Virus record (IMG/VR): IMGVR_UViG_3300011334_000302
Location: 1-28,131 of that record
Length of the DNA: 28,131 nucleotides
Strand: one strand, 5' to 3'
Source of the DNA: a virus
Taxonomy: Duplodnaviria; Caudoviricetes
Shown: positions 8,297 through 15,280 of the stretch, in pieces
Layout of the letters: each line of letters opens with the position of its first letter
Position numbering within the stretch: position 1 is the first letter of the stretch
Notes under the pieces: generated by a model
Told to the model about the DNA's origin: nothing
The model's database searches: none
The model's input: only the letters and a program-made list of their open reading frames with translations
Made by a program: the position numbers and the translations under genes

Positions 8297-9739
8297 ATGG
8301 CGCTTACAAAAGTTTCGTATGCAATGATTACGGGGGCACCCGTAAACGTATTAGATTTTGGTGCTGTTGGCGATGGCGTTGCAAACGATACAATTGCTAT
8401 TCAAGCGGCAATTGACTCAATTTCTGACGATGGTGTTCTTGTTGTTCCGCCGGGCACATACAAAGTCACGGCAACATTGACCGTTGGCGCCTTAAACAAG
8501 GGCGCTCGCATTGTGGGAATTGGACTGCCAACGTTCAATTTTGTTGGCCTTGGGGCATCAGCCGACGGAATTAACATTGTTGGCGCAAATTACCGTCAAG
8601 CACAAATTCAAAATTTAATTATTGACTTAAACGGCGTTGGCCGCGATTGCATCCGGCTTCAAGCTGGCGATCATGATTACATTGAAAATGTGTTTTTAAA
8701 CAATGCAGGGCGATATGGGTTTGCCATAATTTGTGATGGCTATGACTGGGTGGAAAACCTTAACGCCAAAAACATTGTTGTAAATGACAGCGGGCAAAGC
8801 GCGTTTTATGTGGCAACAAGCGGATCGCTTGGGGCATTTATCAACGAATGCGTATTTGAAGAATGCGAATGCCGCGGCGTAAGTTTGTTGGCAAACAATG
8901 GCGCGGCGGTGTATGCATTGTGTGCTGGAAGCGGCGGCGGATCGCAAATTACCAACATACGATGGGTAAATTGTAATTTTGACGCTCAACGGCAAAAAGC
9001 CTTAGACAATGGTTTTGATACAAATCCAAATCCAATGTATTTAGGGTATTCAGCCGGTGCTACTAATCAATTTATATCGTGGCATATTGATACGGGGGGA
9101 TGGGAAACCACTAGCGGTGGGCCTGATTACCGTAGTCAAGGCTTAATTTATTGTGAGCCTAATTCTGTAAATCGTGGCTTTAACATTAGCAACATTACGC
9201 CAGGCGGATGGTCAGGCGGCGGCTATGTTGGGTTGAACGATTACGTTGTGCATGATGTTCAGTATGGAACATTTCGCGCGCAATACCCAAACTCATGGAT
9301 TCAACAAAGTATGTCGGCAAGTGCCACATACGATTTTGACATTCCAATTCCAAACCAATTAAAACCGTCCCCTGGTCTAAACAGACTGTCAATTGCCGCA
9401 GCATACCAAGTGAATTTTTTCCACACTTCATTTACGGCGGTAAACCAAGAAGCATACAAACAAGATTTGTATTTGACCTATTGGGTTTCTGGATCAGACC
9501 AATACGGCGTGTTGTATGGGGCCTTTACCAACACTTTAGTTGGTTCAGATCAATTTACCGTCAACGCGGTGACAGTGTTGAATAGCTCCGGCAACACGAC
9601 ACTTAACCAAACAAATCCGCCAGCATTGGTGCGTATCAATGTGACGACAACGGCAAATTGGGGAGCCGGCGGAGGCGATGCAATTGCGTATGGAATTGTG
9701 TCGTACATGGGTGCATCTCATGGTAACTATTCGGGGTAA
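8297..9739 (+). CDS. Tailspike 2 (pectate-lyase-like beta-helix, no head-binding domain)
   Basis: GGAG RBS. A short leader MALTKVSYAMITGA leads directly into VNVLDFGAVGDGVANDTIAIQAAID...VPPGTY and beta-helix ladder repeats. Low GC (23/60 in each of the two lines counted, at 8941 and 9001). Confidence 0.85.
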   Translation: MALTKVSYAMITGAPVNVLDFGAVGDGVANDTIAIQAAIDSISDDGVLVVPPGTYKVTATLTVGALNKGARIVGIGLPTFNFVGLGASADGINIVGANYRQAQIQNLIIDLNGVGRDCIRLQAGDHDYIENVFLNNAGRYGFAIICDGYDWVENLNAKNIVVNDSGQSAFYVATSGSLGAFINECVFEECECRGVSLLANNGAAVYALCAGSGGGSQITNIRWVNCNFDAQRQKALDNGFDTNPNPMYLGYSAGATNQFISWHIDTGGWETTSGGPDYRSQGLIYCEPNSVNRGFNISNITPGGWSGGGYVGLNDYVVHDVQYGTFRAQYPNSWIQQSMSASATYDFDIPIPNQLKPSPGLNRLSIAAAYQVNFFHTSFTAVNQEAYKQDLYLTYWVSGSDQYGVLYGAFTNTLVGSDQFTVNAVTVLNSSGNTTLNQTNPPALVRINVTTTANWGAGGGDAIAYGIVSYMGASHGNYSG

Positions 9740-9742
9740 AAA

Positions 9743-9895
9743 ATGACCACGCCGCTGGATCTTATTACGCGAGCCATGAAAGACATTGGCGTTTTGGCCG
9801 AAGGCAAATTGCCGACGGCAGACAAAGTGGTGGCCGCCTACCGCGCAGCGCAGGAAGCTGCCGCAAATTTACTCCTTGCGCCTAGCAATCTCTAG
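9743..9895 (+). pseudogene. Chimeric 50-codon remnant: gp4-like N-terminus fused to fibre-accessory-like C-terminus
   Basis: Translates to MTTPLDLITRAMKDIGVLAEGKLPTADKVVAAYRAAQEAAANLLLAPSNL. Residues 3-26 are 12/24 identical to the N-terminus of the 13115 protein, and VAAYRAAQEAA resembles IAAYQQMIEQA of the 8019 protein. Confidence 0.65.
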
Positions 9896-9905
9896 GCAGT
9901 AAGAT
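9876..9905 (+). promoter_or_regulatory. Candidate sigma70-like promoter with an inverted repeat in the spacer
   Basis: TTGCGC (9876-9881), 18 bp spacer, TAAGAT (9900-9905). A GCCTAG-N6-CTAGGC palindrome lies at 9880-9897. Confidence 0.35.
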
Positions 9906-9914
9906 CGGTTCAAA

Positions 9915-9951
9915 CCGTACTGGTGCGGAACATCAGGGATTCTCTGGAATC
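9915..9951 (+). promoter_or_regulatory. Structured leader of the scaffold gene
   Basis: CTGGTG/CATCAG hairpin (9920-9936), alternative CCGTAC/GTGCGG pairing (9915-9928), and a GATTC/GAATC hairpin (9938-9951) that covers the GGA upstream of the ATG. Confidence 0.4.
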
Positions 9952-9960
9952 AAATTATTT

Positions 9961-10740
9961 ATGACTGAAGAAGTCTCGGAAGTTATAGCGGAAGTTCCCG
10001 CGCCGGAACAGGTAGAGACGGCCTCTCCTGCCTTCGATGTTGATACGCCGGAAGAAAAACCAGTAGAAGCGGCCAAAACTTTCACTCAGGAAGATCTGGA
10101 CGCAGCCATTGGTAAGCGGCTTGCCAGAGAGCAGCGCAAATGGGAGAGGATGCAGGCCCAAAAGGCAGCGGTACCCCCGCCGCCCGCCACGGAGCAGGCC
10201 CCTTCGCTAGATCAGTTTGAGTCGCCTGAAGCCTACGCCGATGCGTTGGTTACCCAGAAGGCTCATCAATTGATCCAGCAGCAAGAGGCCCAGCGCCAGC
10301 AGGCTCAATTCCTTGAGGCGTATCACGAGAAGGAAGAAGAAGCACGCAATAAGTACGATGACTTTGAGCAAGTCGCGTACAACCCGTCGCTTCCAATCAC
10401 TAGCGTGATGGCCCAGACGATTCAAGCCTCTGATGTTGGCCCCGATGTAGCGTATTACCTCGGCACCAACCCCAAAGAAGCGGATCGCATTTCCAAACTG
10501 TCGCCGTTCTTGCAAGCCAAAGAAATTGGCAGGATTGAGGCCCAAGTGGCCGTTAATCCGGTTGTGAAACGAACTACGTCTGCGCCCGCACCGATTAGTC
10601 CAGTGACTGCGCGAGCCAGCGGAAATCCGTCTTACGATACAACTGATCCTCGTTCTACGAAGACCATGAGTACGTCGGAATGGATTGAAGCTGAACGCCG
10701 TCGCCAGATTAAGAAGCAGCAAGCGCAGATGAACCGCTAA
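9961..10740 (+). CDS. Capsid scaffolding protein
   Basis: Directly upstream of the coat gene. Acidic, P-rich N-terminus; TFTQEDLDAAIGKRLAREQRKWER; GPDVAYYLGTNPKEADRISKLSP; APAPISPV; short helical basic C-terminus. Confidence 0.8.
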   Translation: MTEEVSEVIAEVPAPEQVETASPAFDVDTPEEKPVEAAKTFTQEDLDAAIGKRLAREQRKWERMQAQKAAVPPPPATEQAPSLDQFESPEAYADALVTQKAHQLIQQQEAQRQQAQFLEAYHEKEEEARNKYDDFEQVAYNPSLPITSVMAQTIQASDVGPDVAYYLGTNPKEADRISKLSPFLQAKEIGRIEAQVAVNPVVKRTTSAPAPISPVTARASGNPSYDTTDPRSTKTMSTSEWIEAERRRQIKKQQAQMNR

Positions 10741-10764
10741 CTTTTATTTAAGGACTTTTTCATC

Positions 10765-11967
10765 ATGGCAAATAGCATTCTGACTATTGACATGATCACC
10801 CGGAAGGCTCTGGAAATCCTAGAGAACAACCTGGTGATCACCCGCAACGTGAACCGTCAGTACGACGACAGCTTTGCTGTCGAAGGTGCCAAGATCGGTT
10901 CGACCCTGCGTATCCGCCTGCCGGATCGCGCTCTGGTGACCGACGGTGCTGCGCTTCAGGTGCAGGACGACAACGAGCAGTACACCACCCTGACTGTTTC
11001 TTCGCAGAAGCACATCGGTGTCAACTTCACCTCCGCCGAATTGACCATGCAGTTGGACGATTTCGCAGAGCGCGTGTTGAAGCCTCGTATCAGCCAGCTG
11101 GCCTCCAGCATCGACGCTGACGTTGCCAACTCGTTCAAGAACGTCTACCAGTCGGTCGGTACTCCCGGCACGACCCCCAGCACTTCGCTGGTTCTGTTGC
11201 AGGCGCAGCAGAAGCTCAACGAAGCCGCTGCGGTGATGTCGCCGCGTTTTGCCACCGTCAATCCGGCTGCCAACGCCGGCTTGGTCGAGGGCATGAAGGG
11301 CCTGTTCAACCCGACTTCCACCATCAGCAAGCAGTTTAAGAACGGCATGATGGGCGAAGGCGTACTGGGCTTCGACGAGATCAATATGTCTCAGTCGATC
11401 AAGCAGTACACCACGGGTAACTGGGGCACTTCGATCACCGTCACCTCGGCTGTCACCACGCAGGGTTCGACCTCGCTGGGTATCAGCTTCACCGGCTCCA
11501 GCAAGACCTGGAACGTGGGCGACGTGTTCACTGTGGCTGGCGTGTATGCGGTTAACCCGCAGACCCGCGAAACCACCGGCTCGCTTCAGCAGTTTGTTGT
11601 TACGGCAGCCGCTTCTGGTTCGTCGACGGCTACGCTGTCGGTCAGCCCGGCCATGTACACTGCCGATCAGGCTCTGGCCACCATTGACGCCTTCCCGGCG
11701 GCCAGTGCTGTGGTGACGATGCTTGGCTCGGCGGCCACCGCCTACCCGCAGAACCTGGTGTACCACAAGGACGCCATCACGTTCGCCACTGCCGACCTTC
11801 TGCTCCCGCAGGGTGTCGATATGGCGTCTCGCGCAGTTCACAACGGCATTTCGATGCGTGTTGTGCGCCAGTACGACATCAATAACGACCGTATGCCGTG
11901 TCGTATTGACGTTCTGTACGGCTACAGCGTGATTCGTCCGCAGATGGCCGTTCGCCTCTGGGGTTAA
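10765..11967 (+). CDS. Major capsid protein, P22 gp5-like
   Basis: AAGGA RBS. MANSILTIDMITRKALEILENNL...KIGSTLRIRLP...QNLVYHKDAITFATADL...RIDVLYG. Strongly biased codon usage. Confidence 0.93.
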   Translation: MANSILTIDMITRKALEILENNLVITRNVNRQYDDSFAVEGAKIGSTLRIRLPDRALVTDGAALQVQDDNEQYTTLTVSSQKHIGVNFTSAELTMQLDDFAERVLKPRISQLASSIDADVANSFKNVYQSVGTPGTTPSTSLVLLQAQQKLNEAAAVMSPRFATVNPAANAGLVEGMKGLFNPTSTISKQFKNGMMGEGVLGFDEINMSQSIKQYTTGNWGTSITVTSAVTTQGSTSLGISFTGSSKTWNVGDVFTVAGVYAVNPQTRETTGSLQQFVVTAAASGSSTATLSVSPAMYTADQALATIDAFPAASAVVTMLGSAATAYPQNLVYHKDAITFATADLLLPQGVDMASRAVHNGISMRVVRQYDINNDRMPCRIDVLYGYSVIRPQMAVRLWG

Positions 11968-11973
11968 CCCTTG

Positions 11974-12013
11974 ATGCCCCAGCCTTAACCGGCTGGGGTG
12001 TTTCTTCAATTTT
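11974..12013 (+). terminator. Rho-independent terminator after the coat gene
   Basis: Stem ATGCCCCAGCC/GGCTGGGGTGT, loop TTAACC, followed by TTCTTCAATTTT. Confidence 0.7.
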
Positions 12014-12027
12014 GTGAGGTATTAATC

Positions 12028-12417
12028 ATGGCTCTTCCTAATGGTGCAGGTGGCTATCAGCTTGGTGATGGCAATCTTTCTGAAGTTAATATTGGCGTCC
12101 AGGCGACTCCGGTCACTAAGGCCGCTGCTGCGACGTTGACCGCTGCTGAGTTGACCAACGGCATTGTGGTGTACAGCGGCGCAACCGCTTCCATCACGCT
12201 GCCGACCGTGGCCGATCTCGAAGTGCTGGTTTCCAGTGCCAAGGTCAGCAGCTTCTTCGATGTCAGCTTCATCAACACTGGCGCAGGTACGCTCACGATT
12301 GCCGTGGGTACTGGCTGGACGTTGGTGGGTACGGTGACTTCGGCAACGCTGACTTCGGGCCTCTGGCGCGCACGCAAGACCGGCGACGGTACTTGGTCGT
12401 TCTATCGCATTGCCTAA
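12028..12417 (+). CDS. Putative capsid decoration/cement protein
   Basis: ATG at 12028 after GAGG; the track start at 11998 lies within the terminator. A/T/G-rich beta protein with ATLTAAELTNGIV..ITLPT..INTGAGTLTIAVGTGWTLVG. Immediately after the coat gene. Confidence 0.65.
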   Translation: MALPNGAGGYQLGDGNLSEVNIGVQATPVTKAAAATLTAAELTNGIVVYSGATASITLPTVADLEVLVSSAKVSSFFDVSFINTGAGTLTIAVGTGWTLVGTVTSATLTSGLWRARKTGDGTWSFYRIA

Positions 12418-12419
12418 TT

Positions 12420-12450
12420 GAATCGCCCCCGGAGCAATCTGGGGGCATTC
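12420..12450 (+). terminator. GNRA-capped hairpin (weak terminator or mRNA stabiliser)
   Basis: GCCCCCGGA-GCAA-TCTGGGGGC, extended by GAAT/ATTC. Only a short T tail. Confidence 0.5.
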
Positions 12451-12466
12451 TTACGGAGACTTCATC

Positions 12467-12874
12467 ATGCCGAATACTCAAGCGACAGGCGTTGCGTACA
12501 GCGATCCCGAATTCACGACTTGCTATGCAAGCCAGGAACTCGGGTACTCTGCCGCAGCACAAGGTACGGTGACGCAAGCCACAGACAAGTCCACAGGGGT
12601 CACCCTGAACAAGTCTGCGGGTCGCATCACGATGAACAACGCGGCGCTGGCGGGTAGCACCGCTGTGTCGTTTACGCTGACCAATTCGTTGATCAGCGCC
12701 AATGACGCCATCGTTGTTAATGTTTCGGGCGGCGGTACTGCTGCGGCGTATACCACGTATATTTCCAGCATGACGGCGGGTTCTGCGGTAGTTACCCTGC
12801 GTAATTTGACTGCATCAACTTCACTGTCTGAAGCTGTTGTCCTCAATTTCGCCATCATCCACGGCGCAAGCTGA
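12467..12874 (+). CDS. Putative virion structural protein
   Basis: GGAG RBS, 135 aa. GTVTQATDKSTGVTLNKSAGRITMNNAALA...SFTLTNSLI is beta-rich. Lies in the head module. Confidence 0.7.
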   Translation: MPNTQATGVAYSDPEFTTCYASQELGYSAAAQGTVTQATDKSTGVTLNKSAGRITMNNAALAGSTAVSFTLTNSLISANDAIVVNVSGGGTAAAYTTYISSMTAGSAVVTLRNLTASTSLSEAVVLNFAIIHGAS

Positions 12875-12878
12875 TAGG

Positions 12879-12905
12879 ACGGGGCCTTCACCGGCCCCGT
12901 TTCTT
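12879..12905 (+). terminator. Rho-independent terminator-like hairpin
   Basis: ACGGGGCC-TTCACC-GGCCCCGT followed by TTCTT. Confidence 0.6.
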
Positions 12906-12909
12906 ACCT

Positions 12910-13113
12910 ATGCACATCTACCTCAAACATCCGGTTCACGGCACCAAAGTCGCCATTTCACACGCGGAAGCGGAAATGGATGAACAAAACGGCTGGGAGA
13001 TTTATACTCTTGGCGGCACCGAGGACTTTGAAGACTCTGTAATTGAGAATGCACTGCGCGAGAAGCGCAAGTACACTCGCCGCGTAAGGGCAGACGCCAC
13101 CGAAGGAAGCTGA
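12910..13113 (+). CDS. Hypothetical protein (67 aa)
   Basis: IYLKHPVHGTKVA...DEQNGW with a basic C-terminal tail. Fills the gap before the adaptor gene. Confidence 0.65.
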   Translation: MHIYLKHPVHGTKVAISHAEAEMDEQNGWEIYTLGGTEDFEDSVIENALREKRKYTRRVRADATEGS

Positions 13114-13114
13114 C

Positions 13115-13846
13115 ATGGCCATATACACCGCTGGCGATCAGATCAACCGCGCGCTTCGGTTGCTTGGAATTCTTGCAGAGGGCGAAACCCCGTCAGCGTC
13201 CATGTCGCAAGACGCCTTGATGGCGCTAAACCAGATGATTGACAGTTGGAATACAGAACGCTTGTCGGTGTTCTCCACCATTGACCAAATCGTCAACTGG
13301 CCCGTCGGGTCGATCAACGCCACGCTTGGCCCGTCAGGGTCGCTGGTGCGTTTGAACGGCACCGCTGTGCGCCCGATTCTGGTCGACGACGCGACCTATT
13401 TTCGTGACCCGCAAACCAACGTCTCGTATGGCATCAAGCTGATCAATCAGCAGCAGTACGACGGCATTGCGGTCAAGACCGTCACATCCACTTATCCGCA
13501 GGTCATGTTCATAAACATGACCTACCCTGACATCGACATCTACCTGTACCCCAAGCCCACACGCTTGTTGGAGTTCCACTTCATCAGCGTCGAGGAACTG
13601 ACGCAGCCGGCCAACTTGGCGACTAACATCCTGTTCCCGCCGGGCTACTTGCGTGCGTTTACCTACAATCTGGCCTGCGAAATTGCGCCAGAGTTTGGCG
13701 TTGAGCCGTCGCCCCAAGTGTCGCGGATTGCAATGGCGTCCAAGCGCAACTTGAAGCGCATCAACAACCCCGACGATGTGATGTCGATGCCGTACTCGCT
13801 GATTGCGACTCGGCAGCGGTTCAACGTGTACGCGGGTAATTATTAA
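13115..13846 (+). CDS. Head-to-tail adaptor, P22 gp4-like
   Basis: TAGDQINRALRLLGILAEGETPS...DALMALNQMIDSW and FPPGYLRAFTYNLACEIAPEFG, with synteny before the gp10-like gene. Confidence 0.75.
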   Translation: MAIYTAGDQINRALRLLGILAEGETPSASMSQDALMALNQMIDSWNTERLSVFSTIDQIVNWPVGSINATLGPSGSLVRLNGTAVRPILVDDATYFRDPQTNVSYGIKLINQQQYDGIAVKTVTSTYPQVMFINMTYPDIDIYLYPKPTRLLEFHFISVEELTQPANLATNILFPPGYLRAFTYNLACEIAPEFGVEPSPQVSRIAMASKRNLKRINNPDDVMSMPYSLIATRQRFNVYAGNY

Positions 13847-15280
13847 GTGAAGACGCCGATTCTCGGGGAGTCTTACGTCGCTCGCAGCCTCAACGCTGCC
13901 GATGCGCGTATGGTCAATCTGTTTCCCGAAGTGCTGCCGGAAGGCAAAGAAGCGGCGTGGTTGCAGCGAGCGCCAGGACTGCGGTTGCTGGCCACTCTTG
14001 GCGTCGGCCCGATTCGCGGTCTGTGGACGTTCAATAACGTAGGCTATGTGGTGTCTGGCAATGCGCTCTACAGCGTTGACAGCACCTATACAGCGACGCT
14101 TCGCGGCTCGATTACCGGCACGGGGCCGGTTTCGATAGCCGACAACGGCACGCAGATGTTCATCGCCTGCAACGGCCCCAGCTACATCTACAACGCCACC
14201 ACGTCAGTGCTGGCGCAAATCACCGACCCGGACTTCCCCGGCGCGGGTACCGTGGGCTATATCGACGGCTACTTTGTGTTCAACGAACCCAACAGCCAGA
14301 AGATCTGGGTCACGGCGTTGCTGGACGGCACGGCGGTGGATCCGTTGGAGTTTGCCAGCGCCGAGGGTTCGCCCGACGGCGTGGTGGGCCTGATCGTGGA
14401 TCACCGCGAAGTGTGGGTGTTTGGCACCAACAGCGTCGAAGTGTGGTACGACAGCGGCGCAACAGATTTCCCGCTTCAGCGCATCCAAGGCGCGTTTAAC
14501 GAGATTGGCTGCGCGGCGGCTTACTCGCTGGCCAAGCTGGACAACGGCGTGTTCTGGTTGGGCGCAGATGCTCGCGGGCGCGGCATCGTCTACCGGGCCA
14601 ACGGCTACACCGGCCAGCGCATCAGCACCCATGCGGTCGAATGGCACATCCAGTCCTACGGCAACATCGACGACGCGATTGCCTACACCTACCAGCAGGA
14701 CGGTCATGCGTTCTATGTGCTGACCTTTCCGTCCGCGCAAAAAACTTGGGTCTTTGACGTTGCCGCCAACGCATGGCATGAGCGTGCCAGCGGCAACGAG
14801 AACCAGTACCGCCATCGCAGCAACTGCCAGATGGCGTTCAACAACAAGATTGTCGTGGGCGATTACGTCAACGGCAACATCTACGCATTTGATTTGGACG
14901 TGTTTTCCGACAACGGTGCCGTGCAAAAATGGGAACGTTCGTGGCGGGCGCTGCCTTCGGGCCAGAACAACCTCAAGCGCAGCGCCCATCACAGTTTGCA
15001 GTTGGACTGCCAGTCCGGCGTGGGGCTGGACGGCCTGTCCACGGTGCAAGGCTCTGACCCGCAGGTCATGCTGCGTTGGTCTGACGACGGCGGCCACACT
15101 TGGTCAAACGAGCATTGGCTCTCGATGGGTAAGATTGGCGAGTCTGGCTACCGCACCATCTGGCGGCGGCTGGGCATGACGCTTAAGATCCGCGACCGCG
15201 TGTACGAAGTGTCGGGTACAGATCCGGTAAAAATTGCCGTCATGGGTGCCGAACTCTTTGCGACTGGCACCAATGCCTAG
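13847..15280 (+). CDS. Tail hub / DNA stabilization protein, P22 gp10-like
   Basis: GTG start, 477 aa beta-propeller-like. IDGYFVF, FASAEGSPD, RISTHAVE, YQQDGHAFYVLTFP, MLRWSDDGGHTWS, WRRLG. Confidence 0.88.
   Translation: MKTPILGESYVARSLNAADARMVNLFPEVLPEGKEAAWLQRAPGLRLLATLGVGPIRGLWTFNNVGYVVSGNALYSVDSTYTATLRGSITGTGPVSIADNGTQMFIACNGPSYIYNATTSVLAQITDPDFPGAGTVGYIDGYFVFNEPNSQKIWVTALLDGTAVDPLEFASAEGSPDGVVGLIVDHREVWVFGTNSVEVWYDSGATDFPLQRIQGAFNEIGCAAAYSLAKLDNGVFWLGADARGRGIVYRANGYTGQRISTHAVEWHIQSYGNIDDAIAYTYQQDGHAFYVLTFPSAQKTWVFDVAANAWHERASGNENQYRHRSNCQMAFNNKIVVGDYVNGNIYAFDLDVFSDNGAVQKWERSWRALPSGQNNLKRSAHHSLQLDCQSGVGLDGLSTVQGSDPQVMLRWSDDGGHTWSNEHWLSMGKIGESGYRTIWRRLGMTLKIRDRVYEVSGTDPVKIAVMGAELFATGTNA

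Noticed and set aside
4648-9739. Diversity-generating retroelement or invertible tail-fibre switch
   Set aside because: No reverse transcriptase or invertase is present, and I saw no TR/VR pair or flanking inverted repeats. The two spikes share only the generic DFGAVGDG motif.
10819-12009. 396-aa antisense ORF opposite the coat gene
   Set aside because: It is the in-register shadow of a highly biased GC3-rich gene, with no motifs and atypical composition.
11955-12030. Coat read-through or frameshift into the downstream decoration gene
   Set aside because: No slippery heptamer at the coat end, a second in-frame TAA follows shortly, and the next gene has its own RBS.
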